In this document: in pieces, positions 53,189 to 64,000 of the stretch
How positions within the stretch are numbered: position 1 is the stretch's first letter
How the letters are laid out: each line of letters begins with the position of its first letter
Assembly: GCA_964291215.2 (NCBI GenBank)
Contig: OZ219790.1
Coordinates: 2,432,001-2,496,000 of the forward strand
From: Alphaproteobacteria bacterium
GTDB lineage: Bacteria; Pseudomonadota; Alphaproteobacteria; MPNO01; UBA830
Length of the DNA: 64,000 nucleotides
Direction of reading: 5' to 3'
The notes under the pieces: model-generated
Database searches by the model: none
What the model was told of the DNA's origin: nothing
What the model saw: only the letters and a program-made list of their open reading frames with translations
Position numbers and translations under genes: made by a program

Positions 53189-54366
53189 CCCCACTTCCGG
53201 TCTGAAGTGCAACACCCGGCCCTCATCGCAGTGAGGGCGTAGCCCGAACGGAGATGAGGGCCGGGTGTCGCGCAAATTTTTCCCCTCTGCCCCTCTCGAT
53301 TCCGCCTGGGAACAGCTTCAGTTCCTTCAACATCGAGCTTATGCAACGCCTTTGTCGGCTTCAAGCCACTATTCCGCCGTCGCGCGGCATGGACCCTGCT
53401 GCACGTTGCGGCTTTGGAACATGGCGCAGATGGTCAGGGCGGTTTCACTTCAAGATTACCTCCGTCGGCGATCCCAGGACTTTCCGAGTGTTGAGCCGAT
53501 CCTTCTGAACATCTTCGTTGCATATCGCGCGAAAGTCCGTGCCCTTCGGGAAGTACTCCCGCACCAGGCCGTTGGTGTGCTCATTCAAGCCGCGCTCCCA
53601 AGAATGGAAAGGCGAAGAAGAAATCTGCGTCAAGTGCGACACGCCTGTGGTCTGCGAACTCCTTGCCGTTGTGATTGTGTGGACCAATAGCGCACCAGAG
53701 CCGAGCAGGCGGATCATACCAACCGTGTCTTTCTGTCCACCCAGCAAGACGTATTTCGTGGCACGATCAACCAGCGACAGCTCCACTGTGAGCTTTGCCG
53801 ATGATGGCTCCCGGTCGCCGACCCGTTCCTTTGCCTCCGCAGGGCGCTCGGAAATGTCTACCCGGCCGGAATGGCATCCGCCCTTCCAGTTCGGCTTCTT
53901 GCCGCGCCGCCGAAGCTTCAAGACGCCCCCAGCTCTCCGATCTTCGGCGATCATGGATCCGTTCACGGCCCTCCAGTCGAAAACGGCCGCTGCTCGGGGC
54001 CCTCCCGCAGCTTTTTCTGAGCTTCAACCCGAGGCGTCAACCGCCAAGAAACAGACGAGGCGGCCCTGCGGCGCGTTTCTGCCATCCTTTGCGCCTGCTT
54101 GTGACGGTAACCCCGTCCCCCGGTGTTGCGCTTGATCTCCCGGAAAATTGTTGATCGGCCCAGCTGCCGAGCAATCGCACCTTGTGAAAGACCGCTTTTC
54201 TGCCTCAATCTGGCATCGCTCTTCGTAGGTGACGGTAGCCTTTGGACATGAACAAGCTCCCTCCATCTTGTACAGGAACTCTCGCCGCTACCGCTCCGCA
54301 ACATCATGCGTCTAAAAACACATGGCCACAGCCCATCATGTGTTGCACTTCACTATGGAACGGGGG
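53189..54366 (-). mobile_element. IS30-family element, copy 4, degraded
   Basis: Same TIRs and body as copies 1-3. Confidence 0.92.
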
Positions 54367-54794
54367 CGAGCAAACGAAGAAGGGCAAGTTCAGGGTCGGC
54401 CGCAAACCATCCCGGTAACGGGTCCACCGCATCCTGCGGCGGATCAAGGAGGCCTTGCGCACGCGGTGGTACGACAACCGGCACGAGACGGCCAAGTGGC
54501 GAGTGATCAAGGGCTGGCTCAACTACTACGCCGTTCCGGGAAGCAGTGAGTACCTGCAGGAGTTCATATATCAATGCAGACTGCTGCTCATGCGTGCCCT
54601 TTGGCGGCGCTCCCGAACGGACCGCACCGAATGGAGGGACATGGACACCCTTGCCCACTGGCCCAAGGCCAGCATCCGCCACCCGTGGCCAAGCCAGCGT
54701 CTTGTCGTCAGGACCTGAGGGAGGAGCCGGATGCGAACAGCGCTCGTCCGGATCCGTGCGGGGGGACCGGGGAAACCCGGTTCCCTACCGCGAT
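54367..54794 (+). mobile_element. Group II intron 3' fragment (maturase end, domains V-VI)
   Basis: GWLNYYAVPG; DV GAGCCGGATGCG...GTCCGGATC; ends CCCTACCGCGAT. Confidence 0.85.
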
Positions 54795-54830
54795 ACTACT
54801 TCGACGGGGGATCATGCCGTGCGCACCCGC

Positions 54831-55724
54831 CTACTCTTGTCCGGCGCCGAAACCGCCGACGATGCCGCGCTTCTCGAAGGCGCCCGCGGCTTCCGCATGG
54901 TTCGGGCCGTGGAAGCCACCCCGGATGATATCCCCCGAGGCTCCGAAACCGAACGTGCCGTCCGCGCTGACCGGAACGTCGTCGAAGCGGACGGCGCCGA
55001 CGGACCAAGCATTGCCGTCCGCATTATCCCGGATGTTGTCGATCGCCACGTCGATCGTACCGGCCGCAGCGCTCCAGGAGAGAGTCGCGTCCCCGGCCAA
55101 GCGGGTTCCGGCCGCGGCTCCCTCGACTGCCGTCCCCACCATGCGCCCGGTCCATGTCGCGCTGGCCGGCGGCCGCGACCCTGTCAGGTCTCCGCCTGCA
55201 AACCCGAAGCGCGCTATCGGCTGCCCGGGTTCTTCGGCCACGCCGAACACGCTGTGCGTCATCCAGTAGCCATAGGTTTTCCGGTCACCGGATCGGTATT
55301 GGAAGTCGGTCGCACCGTCGTGGGTGGCGCCCTTGGCGACGCCTGAAATATCCGCCGGGAACAAGTCGGAGATCGTCCGGGCCGGGGGCGCGCCCCCGCC
55401 GGTCCACAGGCAGCGGGCCCGAGTGCATGTGGCCGTCGCGACAGGACTACTTCCGGCATAGGCGCCGGTCGCGACGAGGGTATCCGCGCGCCGGGCGAAG
55501 TCCCGGGCACGTGCCTTTTGCTCCTCCGGTCCCTCCGACCCGGACAGATCGACGCCGAATAGCTCCTTGGCGACATGATCGCCGACATCGCTGCCCAATT
55601 TCTTGAAATCGGAACCGGAGCAGGCGCCTAAAGTCAGCAGGAGAACTGCCACAACGGCCCCGGGAGGACCGGATATTCGGGCCTTCCGGCAGCAAAACAG
55701 GTAGGGCGATTCGGTTCTGGACAT
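54831..55724 (-). CDS. Lipoprotein with C-terminal TbpB-like beta-barrel
   Basis: Lipobox LGAC; YGYW, ATWTGRMVG, GFHGPNHAEAAGAF, GGFGA; start uncertain. Confidence 0.72.
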   Translation of the reverse strand: MSRTESPYLFCCRKARISGPPGAVVAVLLLTLGACSGSDFKKLGSDVGDHVAKELFGVDLSGSEGPEEQKARARDFARRADTLVATGAYAGSSPVATATCTRARCLWTGGGAPPARTISDLFPADISGVAKGATHDGATDFQYRSGDRKTYGYWMTHSVFGVAEEPGQPIARFGFAGGDLTGSRPPASATWTGRMVGTAVEGAAAGTRLAGDATLSWSAAAGTIDVAIDNIRDNADGNAWSVGAVRFDDVPVSADGTFGFGASGDIIRGGFHGPNHAEAAGAFEKRGIVGGFGAGQE

Positions 55725-55894
55725 GCGACGGAACACCTCTGCTGTCGCCTCTTTCATCAATGCTACCGCTTATGGTGCCGGCAGCTGTGGCCGCATGTCA
55801 AGCAGAAAAGCGGGCTGACCAGCTTGATGAACATCCGCGCCTGCGTGCGTGGCGCCTTGGCCGGTTCGAGAGGGAAGACGGTCCTGATCCTCGC

Positions 55895-56959
55895 CTATTG
55901 CAGCGTGATCTCTGTCCTGTGCCCGATCCGGAAAGGCCCTGTCGGCGCCTCTCCGGAGACGATGAACTCCGCTCGGTAGACGCCTGGCTCCCAACTCGCG
56001 GACTTTCGACGCTTGCCGGCATAGGAGAAATAGCGCGCCCGGTCCTCATCGATCGAATGCCGGTTGTGGAACAGGATGCGGCCGTCCGGGCCGGAAATGA
56101 CTGTCTCGATCAATGTGCCCGAAAACGCGCCCAGCAGGACCGTGTATCCGACGAGCGCCGCCGCAGTTGCCGAAGCGACCCGCGGATAGCCGCCATGCAT
56201 CGCCCGGTCCGTCTCGGGAACCTCCGCCGCCAGGCCGGCGCGATGGACAATCGTCGTCGTGTAGCGCGCCGGATAGTCGGAGGCCCGCCACAGCCCCGTT
56301 CCCGTCCGGCCGGAGGCCGACGCCGTGCAGCGTGGCGGGTCGGCGGACTGCGCGCCGGTGAAGGGATCGACCGGCCGGCCGTTCCTCTCAACCTGGAAAT
56401 GCAGATGCGGAAGCTCCGAGTGGCCGGAGCTTCCCGTCCGCCCCAGCAGGTCTCCTGCCGAGACCCGCGCGCCCTTGCGCACCGTGACGCTCCCGCGCTG
56501 CAGATGGCAGTATTGGGTCGTCCAGCCGCCGCCGTGGTCCAGGCGCACGCCGTTGCCGCATTCCCTGCCTTCCCGGCTCGGGTCGAACCCCCTCACCGGG
56601 CTGTCCTCCATTCCGTCGCGCCATCCCAGCACCACGCCGTCGGCAGCTGCGACGACAGGCAGCCGCGCGCCCGGATCGACGGGAGCGATATCCGTTCCCT
56701 CGTGCCCCTCATAGGTCCGAAGCCCGCACCGGTAGTCCCGGTAGGCGGGCCCGGACTGGAGATCCATGTAAGCGAAGAACCAGCAGTCCGTCCCGATCTT
56801 GCAGCGCACGGGAAAAAGGAGGTCCGGCGGGTCCGCCGCCTGCGCGCCCGCTCCCGCCAGGGCGGCGCAAACTGCCGGCAGCGCGACGGCGCGGCGCGTG
56901 CGCCGAAGAAGCCGCGCAAGGTATTCCCGCATCTCCATCATCGACCTGCCGAATTCCAT
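55895..56959 (-). CDS. M23-family metallopeptidase
   Basis: HEGTD, YCHL, PHLHF motifs; start uncertain. Confidence 0.88.
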   Translation of the reverse strand: MEFGRSMMEMREYLARLLRRTRRAVALPAVCAALAGAGAQAADPPDLLFPVRCKIGTDCWFFAYMDLQSGPAYRDYRCGLRTYEGHEGTDIAPVDPGARLPVVAAADGVVLGWRDGMEDSPVRGFDPSREGRECGNGVRLDHGGGWTTQYCHLQRGSVTVRKGARVSAGDLLGRTGSSGHSELPHLHFQVERNGRPVDPFTGAQSADPPRCTASASGRTGTGLWRASDYPARYTTTIVHRAGLAAEVPETDRAMHGGYPRVASATAAALVGYTVLLGAFSGTLIETVISGPDGRILFHNRHSIDEDRARYFSYAGKRRKSASWEPGVYRAEFIVSGEAPTGPFRIGHRTEITLQ

Positions 56960-57033
56960 GTTTCGAGTATACCCATCGTGGATGCATCCAGGAAGGCGGA
57001 CCCTGATCGGCGAGCTTCGGTGAGGGTGGAAAG

Positions 57034-57484
57034 GGGTGCAGTTCTCGTATGGCGAATCCAAACCATTGATTTAATACGGTTGTGCGGTCAGCGAGGCAGC
57101 GGCGAAAACGGGTTTTCGTGACAATCGCCCGTTTCGGGACAGGATTTTGTCACGACCCCCGCGGCATCGACAGGGTGATCCGGGCGCTGCGCCACCTTCG
57201 CGACACCGCGGCGCCAACATCGACAGGGAACTGTCCTTCTTTCGCAAGCATCGCCACCGCATGCGCTACCACGCGCTGAAGCAACCGGCTCGGGAATTGT
57301 CGAGGCGGCAAACAAGACCCTCGTCACACAGCGCATGAAACGCTCCGGCATGCGCTGGCGCATCGTCGGCGGACAATCACCTTCCACGCCCTGCTCAAAT
57401 CCGGCCGCTTCGAGAGCGCGTGGACGGCCATGATCGGTGCAGACGACGCACCAGCCAACGACAACATCAGCCCAAATCACACCC
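57034..57484 (+). mobile_element. Internally deleted ISKra4-like element (MITE-sized)
   Basis: GGGTG ... CACCC ends; left end matches 28438; C-terminal VEAANKTLVTQRMKRSGMRW. Confidence 0.75.
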
Positions 57485-57549
57485 CGGCACTGGCCGCATG
57501 GTCTTACGAAGCGATCGATACCAAGCTCGCCCGCGAGACCAAGGCGGGC

Positions 57550-57610
57550 GATTACGCAACCTGATGTCTGAAAATTGTCGTGAAGCTGATCGAGCTGTTC
57601 CCATTTGATG
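57550..57610 (-). mobile_element. IS256 right-end fragment
   Basis: GATTACGCAACCTGATGTCTG, reverse complement of the 60690 end. Confidence 0.8.
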
Positions 57611-58787
57611 GTAACTGCTCACCCCCTGGTTCCGGCTTGATGTCGGGGTAGAGTAACGAACGGGTTTTCGTGGAGATTTGACACCCGATTCGTTTAGTGG
57701 TGGTCATCGAGAACGACGGGGACCGCCAGTGGGCTACTTTGGATCGAAGGCGACGAGCGGGCTGTGCCAGCTGCTTCCGGGGCTCCGCATGATCTGTATG
57801 TGGAAACGCATCTCGGAAGCGGCGCGTTGATGAAGCGCAAGGCCGGGTGATGGCGACGGGCGGCGCGCGAGGAGTTCGAAGCGGCCAAGACCGCGGCGCT
57901 GCCGGCAAGGTGGCGGAAGAGGCCGTCATCCGCGTCTTCGTCATCCTGCTCGACATCCTCATCGTCGTCCTTCCGGAGAAGACTACGCACGAGCCGGAAC
58001 TCCGGTCTGCCGCCGTCACAGACGGACAAGAGCGTGCCGGGAGCAAGGGCCCGAAGCCGAACCGGCAGATGGGCGACAACCTGCGCAAGACCATCGTCAA
58101 GGAAACGGTCGCAACCTGCGACGCCTGCGGCGCCGACGGCCCCGTCGATCGGGAACGCCGCATGACATCGTGTTCGAGGTCGTCGAGCGCCGCGCCGAGG
58201 AATGCCCGAAATGCAAGGCCCGGTTCCCCGACAACATCCCGTGCAGTACGGCATCCAGGCCCTCGTCCCTGCTGGTCGCCCAGATGCTGTCCCTGCGCCG
58301 TCGCGCTCGTGCAGGCGATCTCCGGCATCAAGCTCTCCGAGGCCTCGGCTATGCTTTCACGATGCGTCATGGGAGGAGGCTGCCGTGGCGCACCTCCTGC
58401 AACGCCCGATGTCGACGATTTCGGATCAACAGCAAGTGGCTTCATGTCGTCGGGACGTGCAAGTTCCCGCACCGCAAGCAAGAGATCGGCCCGTGCTACA
58501 AGGGCGTCCTGGGCCTCGTACATGGCAGTGTAGCCACCAGCGGCAGCCACCTGCTGCGCGAACTGACCTTCGTCGTCGAGGCTACCGCGCGACTGATGAA
58601 GAGCCTGCTCCCTGCCACAAGGTCAACAAGAGCGCATCCAAAAACCCTGAACGAGGCCGGGCGCTACCGCACCATCAGGGCGCCAGGGAACTGCCCGACA
58701 TCCCGACGAAAGGAAAACACATCGCAAACGCGCACAACCTGCACGAACGTCTCGTGAAACACGAAAACCTGCGCTTCACAGACGACC

Positions 58788-61471
58788 ATCGCGGTAGGGA
58801 ACCGGGTTACCCCCCGCACATAACCGGACGTGCGCTGTTCGCTCCTCCCCTGACGACAAGGCGCTGGTTTGGCCACGGATGCTGGCTCAGTGGGCAGCGG
58901 TGAGGGTGTCTGTGTCCCCGGTGAAGTCCTTTTGGGAGCGTCGCCGAAGGGCACGCAGCTGTTTGCATTGGTGTATGAACTTCTGCAGGCTGCTTCCCGG
59001 AACGGCGTAGTAGCAGCCGTTGATGACTCACCACTTGGCCGTTTCGTGCCGGTTATCGTGCCACCGCATGCGCAAGGCCTCCTTGATCCGCCGCAGGGTG
59101 CCCGTTTGCGACCGACCCTGAACCTGCCTTTCCTCGTCTGTTCGCAGAAGTGCGTCATGCCGAGGAAGTCGAACGTCTTGTCCACGCTTCCGGCGGTTCG
59201 CTCTGGCAAACCGACCGAACTCGATGATTTTCCGGGTGCAGTTCAAGTGGGCCAGTCTCTCCCCAAGGTCTCAGCGCCGCCCAGATGCTGAAAGCCGCAC
59301 ACGAAGTCGTCCGCATAATGATCGTGTCCCGCTTGCGCCAGTGGTTCTGGAACCAGTCGCACGTAGTGCAGGTTCGCAAGGCGCCGCCCCTTGCGGTGTT
59401 CCCTTGCCAGTCGGTCCCTTCCATGACGCCGGCGTCACTTGATGATCAGACCCCCCGATCCGTTTTTTTCCCGGGTACTGTAACTTGATGTCTGGAAATT
59501 TATCTGAGATTTGCGCTTTGAGGCGTTTCACTGGGGGGCTAGCCCCCCAGTGAAACGCGGCGCCATCGTGCTATCCCATGGAGTTGTAAAACATTCATGG
59601 AGGAAGCGAATGGACCTGCGACACACTACGACGATTGAGGCCGTTTTGGAACATCTGATCGCAAACGGAGCAACGGATCTGGGGCGGATCTTTGGTCAGC
59701 TCTTCGAGCTTGCGATGCAAATCGAGCGCGAGCAGCACTTGAGAGCGGGCCACCGGACACCGGAACGACAGGGCTATGCCAACGGCTACAAACGGATCGA
59801 CACCCCCACTGTTGCCAAACGGTCACGGGGACGACCCCCCAGTCGCTTGAACGCGGCCAGCGATCTTCTCGCGCCGTAGCCGAGATGTACATCAAAGGTG
59901 TTTCCACGCGGCAGGATGTAATGCGCGAGTTCGGGAGCCTGTCCTCTTCTCAGGTCAGCCGGGCCACCAAGTTGCTCGATGAAGAACTCGCCGCGCAACC
60001 GGCCCCTGATGAAATACCTGGATGCGCGCTATGAAAAAGCCCGCCATGACGGCGTTGTGCGCGATGTTGCAGTGCTCTCGGCCATCGGAATAGGGGCTGC
60101 AGGCACGTTCTGGGGCTCTCTGTGGCGCTCTCCGAGGCCGAGGTCCATTGGAGAGCCTTCCTGGAAAGCTTGCTAGCCCTGCATGGTACGACCTTCATCG
60201 TCTCGGATGCCGGGCTGAAAGCGGCACGACGCGCGGTGCTGGGCGCGGCGATGTGGCAGCGCTGCCAGTTCCACCTGGCGCAAAACGCCGTGCACCGAAC
60301 AATGACATCAGGAAACGTATTGGAAAACAGCTCGGAACCATGCGTCCTCACTCCAAAACGCCGAGGCTGAACTGGGCGCCCTCGTGGCCAGCTATCGCGA
60401 CAAGCATCCAAGCTTCCTGGCTGGAAAAGAATGCGGGGCTCGCTGTCTTCACCTTGCCCGATGCTCACCGCAAGCGCATGCGAACCTCGAACGGCATCGA
60501 GCGGCCGATCCAGCAAGAACTCAAGCGGCGCACCTCCAAAGTCAGGGTCTTTCCGAACCTCGCCTCGTTGGAGCGCCTCTCAACCGCGGTCCTCATCGAC
60601 AAAAAATGGGAAACCGAAACCAAGATCAAATGGGAACAGCTCGATGACTGAGAGCTTCACGACAATTTCCAGACATCAGGTTGCGTAATCGTTTCCCGAG
60701 CATCGCAACCAGATGGTCGCGGTTGTCGAAGAACCCACGGGCGTCAACGATCCAGTTGACCTTCCGCCGTTCCACCGTGACGGCGCATGATGCGCCCCGG
60801 CCGGAACCGAGGAACTCCGTTTCGCGGCACCAGAATCACACCGCCCGCTGAAGAATCTTGTCCGAGGCAAGTTGCCCCTCCTTGGGAATGTAGACCCTGG
60901 AGGCGCCCGCCCCTGTGCACACGGGCGTGCAGCAGTTCCACCCCGTACGTTTGCCACACAACGCCCCGCCGCCGCATCCTTCCTCAAGGAATGGAACGCA
61001 GAACATCACGTGGTGGAGTAAAGACGCTCTTCCGGGTTCCTCTTCGCTACCTGCCGCCTGTGACCCCCGCTTCTGCGCGCGGCGCGGGCCAACCGCATTG
61101 CCCTTCCCTCCAGCAACTCCGCAGGCTCCGGAGAGCCCTTGTTCGCCGCCTTCAGCGGTACTATGGCCGAATCTGACTTCTCGTTCATCATCGGCTTACG
61201 GAATTTCCTCTGCGGCCCCTCCACGACAGAGGGGCAAGACCTCCCAGGTCCCTGCTTCGGCCATGGTTCTCGGACCCCGCGGAGCCCCCCTCACCAACGC
61301 GGCTCGTTGCCTTCGGCCACGACCTCGGCACTCCGGTTTCAAAGCATCTCGTGGCTCAATAGCCTGGCCTGCCGCTCCCCAACGCTTCGCCTCACAACGC
61401 ATGGTTCACGGAGAAATTAGCCTCTCTCGGGACTTGCACCCGGCCACATTCCACCAGTTTGCCTGGCGCAC
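58788..61471 (-). mobile_element. Group II intron, both ends present, degraded RT/maturase
   Basis: 5' GTGCGCCAGG at 61471, 3' ...CCCTACCGCGAT at 58788; GTPQG, YADDF (59317-59303), FDFLG. Confidence 0.9.
59474..60690 (+). mobile_element. IS256-family element, degraded
   Basis: TIRs sharing AAC.TGATGTCTGGAAATT; 7/8 target duplication (T/G)TTTCCCG; WQRCQFH, RTSNGIER. Confidence 0.9.
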
Positions 61472-61825
61472 CCGACGTCAGCTTCACCAACAATGCCGGA
61501 GAACAGAAGATCAGGATGGCAAAGCTCAAGGTGTCCGGATGCTTCCGCTCCACGCAAAAGCTTGGTGCCAAGCTACCTCACCTCCATAGCCGCACTCGGC
61601 TACAACCCACTCGTCGCCACCCAGATCGCCCTCGACGGAAAAGCCGCAGACATCATCAACGAGCACTACGACCAATCAGAACCCAACTAGGGGTGAGTAG
61701 ATACGATCAATTTATTTTAGCGAACGCCCTTAGGGCGCCGCCATGTCGAACATCCTTCCTCTTCCGGCCCGCAAGCGGGCTGTCCGTCGGGGGCCTCCCG
61801 GAGACGATGCCAGAGGTCTTTCCCG

Positions 61826-62446
61826 GTGAGCCTTCCGGCGACGCCGCACGATGCGCTGTTCCGGGCGCTGATCTCCGAGCCGGCCCGCGCCGCTTCGCTG
61901 CTCGCGGAGTACCTGCCGCCGGAGGTGGCCGCCCTCCTCGACCCCGAGGCCCCGCCCGAGGCGGTCGAGGGCAGCTTCGTCGACGAGGACGCCGCGCGGA
62001 CCCAGTGCGACGTACTCTTCCGGGTCAGGCTGAGAAGCGGCCACGAGGCGCGCCTCTATGTGTTGCTCGAACACAAGAGCCGCGTCGATGCTGACACGCC
62101 ACTCCAGCTCCTGAAATACATGGTCAACATCTGGCGCCGCGAGATCGAGAATGGCGGTGCCGGGGACAGGTTGCCGACGATCATCCCGCTGGTCTTCTAC
62201 CATGGCCGGGGCCGTTGGACGGCGCCGCTCTCGGTGCCGGGGATGATAGACGCGCCCGGGGAGTTGGAGCCGTTCGTCAGGGAGTTTGCCTATGTGGTGC
62301 ACGACCTTGGCGAGATTGCGCCAGACCGGCTGTCGGCCTCACCCGAGGTGCGTTCTGGCGCTCAGGGTCGTTCATGCCGAGGAGATACCGCCCGATCTTC
62401 TCGACGAGATGACGGGCAGGGTGATCTTACGCTAAATTCTGTCTGA
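61826..62446 (+). pseudogene. Rpn/YhgA-like PD-(D/E)XK nuclease, C-terminally truncated
   Basis: HDALF, SFVD, CDVLF, YVLLEHKS, IPLVFYHG; runs into the repeat at 62425. Confidence 0.82.
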
Positions 62447-63956
62447 TTTTTCAAGGCAGTACCTGGGCTTTGCGGGGTCGCGGGTTGGTGCGGGAGATTT
62501 TTTTACAGTTTTCGCTGGCTTTCCTGCACTGAAGTTGTCATGGTGCGGGGATGTCGGTTCACAAGCACTTCGCATCCTGTCCGATTCACGTCGCAGCTCC
62601 GGAAGGGTCTGTCCGAGCATCCATGTTTCTTGGCAAGGTTTTTGCGGGTGTCTGTGGTGATGTTTTCTGTGGTTGTCCACAAGCGGTGTGGGATTTGCTC
62701 TGCGAGCGAGGCGACATGAAGCTTGTGGTCCCAGCGGCGGGTTGCCGTCCATTGGTCACGTGAACGCGGCTACCTTGCCGTCCCCGGGCACGTGACCGTC
62801 CGGGTTCCAGGTGTCCCAAGGCGGTTCGGTCTCCTTGATGTCGGCCTCGACGATGATCTGCAGACATTCTTCCCAAGTCGTGTCGTAGAGGGAGACTGTC
62901 GAGACAGTCCCGATCGCGCTCTCGGCAGGGCCGTGTCTCCTTCGCTCACTCACCGGTGCTTCAGGCAACGCTGCTGTCGCAGCAAGGTGTTCGCCAGAGC
63001 TTGCGCATCACGGCGACAATCGCGACTTTGTGGGCCTTGCCGGCAGTCTTGAGGCGCACCAGGTCCGCGTTGAAGCGTGCCGGTTGCGGCCAGGAGATCG
63101 CGTGGCCTTCGGTGCCCGCCACGGATGTGCCGAGCACCGTGGTCGTTGGCGCCACCCCGATCAAGGCTGCCGACGCTGCCGAGTTCGGGCATCCAGCAAA
63201 GAAGGGCTGCGGCGGTCACCGGACCGGGGATCGAGGTCAGGATGGCATACCTCTGCTTGGGATCACCGGCGATCACCGCTTTGATCGCCGCGCCGGCAAT
63301 GCGATCATCGAGATCGGCCGCCGAGGCCCTTGTGACGGTCTCGCCATCTACCTCATCTGCCACCTGCTTGGCGTCGACAAGCGCGGCACCAAGAGATCCT
63401 CCAGGCTCTTGAGGAAGGCGAAGCCACAGGCTCGAGATCGCCCAGCCGATCTTGGCGTCGACGCGGTCGGTCTTCGCCAGATGGCCCATCGCCTCGGCGA
63501 AGCCCGCAACGGGTTGACGAGAATAACCTCGAAGCCCCGGTCATGAAGACACTGGTGAACCTTGCGGTGATAGCGGCCTGTCGCCCACCACCCGGCTCAC
63601 CCCGAGGCCGCGAAGCCACCTGCCCGTGGCGTCGTTCGCAAAACAATGCGCCAGATGTCCAGACTGGCTGACCCCTGCTACTATCTTGACCATCGTCCCT
63701 TGCTCCTCCCCTTACGATGATACGGGTTCAAACCCAAGTATCCAGCGAGGGACGTCAAGGGAGGTTGCCACACTCGGACACGGCCCTGTCAAGGTCGAAA
63801 CGGCAACCTCCGCGGAGATCGTTTGACCCCCTGTGCGTGTTCGCTCAGGGGAGCGGAATCTCTCTGCAACCATAGCTCTCCCACAGATCCACATTTTCCC
63901 GCCCCCAACTGCTGTGGATGATTTCATCATCAAGGGGACAAAACCTGGTCATATAA
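62425..63956 (-). mobile_element. Second copy of the unclassified repeat with nested degraded IS110 (about 62927-63875)
   Basis: AKTDRVDA, LTSIPG, WMPELG, RHIRGG, VMRKL; near-identical to 51705-53188. Confidence 0.85.
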
Positions 63957-64000
63957 GGTTGAGGTTCGCGAAGCCTGAGGAGCGTCCGCTGCGTTGATGG

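Larger units (their letters stand above)
57611..61704 (+). mobile_element. IS66-family element interrupted by a group II intron
   Basis: Sister of 46957-48421; sequence resumes exactly after 61471. Confidence 0.88.

Noticed and set aside
58788-61471. Reverse transcriptase as a retron, DGR or defence RT
   Set aside because: GTGCG start, domain V/VI end and precise insertion without duplication identify a group II intron.
402-63875. Sequencing error as the explanation for frameshifted IS elements
   Set aside because: Indels are mostly 5-7 nt, not at homopolymers, shared between copies, and absent from long host genes. Repeat mis-polishing still needs a read-level check.

Overview
GC-rich alphaproteobacterial chromosome segment, assigned from the conserved aroA-cmk-rpsA-ihfB-lapA-pyrF-trpF-trpB-trpA-accD-folC cluster; a host-associated lifestyle is only an inference. 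Intact host genes alternate with dense, nested graveyards of mobile elements. The host genes include tRNA-Gly, a helicase, htpG, a TRAP/PhyH/SDR locus, a Zur-type metal uptake locus, higBA, an S8 protease and surface lipoproteins. The mobile elements are IS30 x4, IS630, IS66, IS4 with a DUF4338-like N-terminus, IS110, IS256, ISKra4, IS1595 and group II introns. The most striking signal is that the mobile elements are shredded by many short deletions while neighbouring host genes are intact. Hand alignment of sister copies shows the deletions are mostly 5-7 nt, often at microhomologies, and are shared among copies in a way no single tree explains. This may point to an undescribed repeat-inactivating or repair process. 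Other notable signals: a 24-bp collapsed IS30 scar inside a ribosome-binding site, a poly-G tract in a sigma70 spacer upstream of the S8 protease (candidate phase variation), a TbpB-like lipoprotein/Slam pair, and a candidate IS110 bridge-RNA region. All family assignments come from motif recognition by eye, not database searches.
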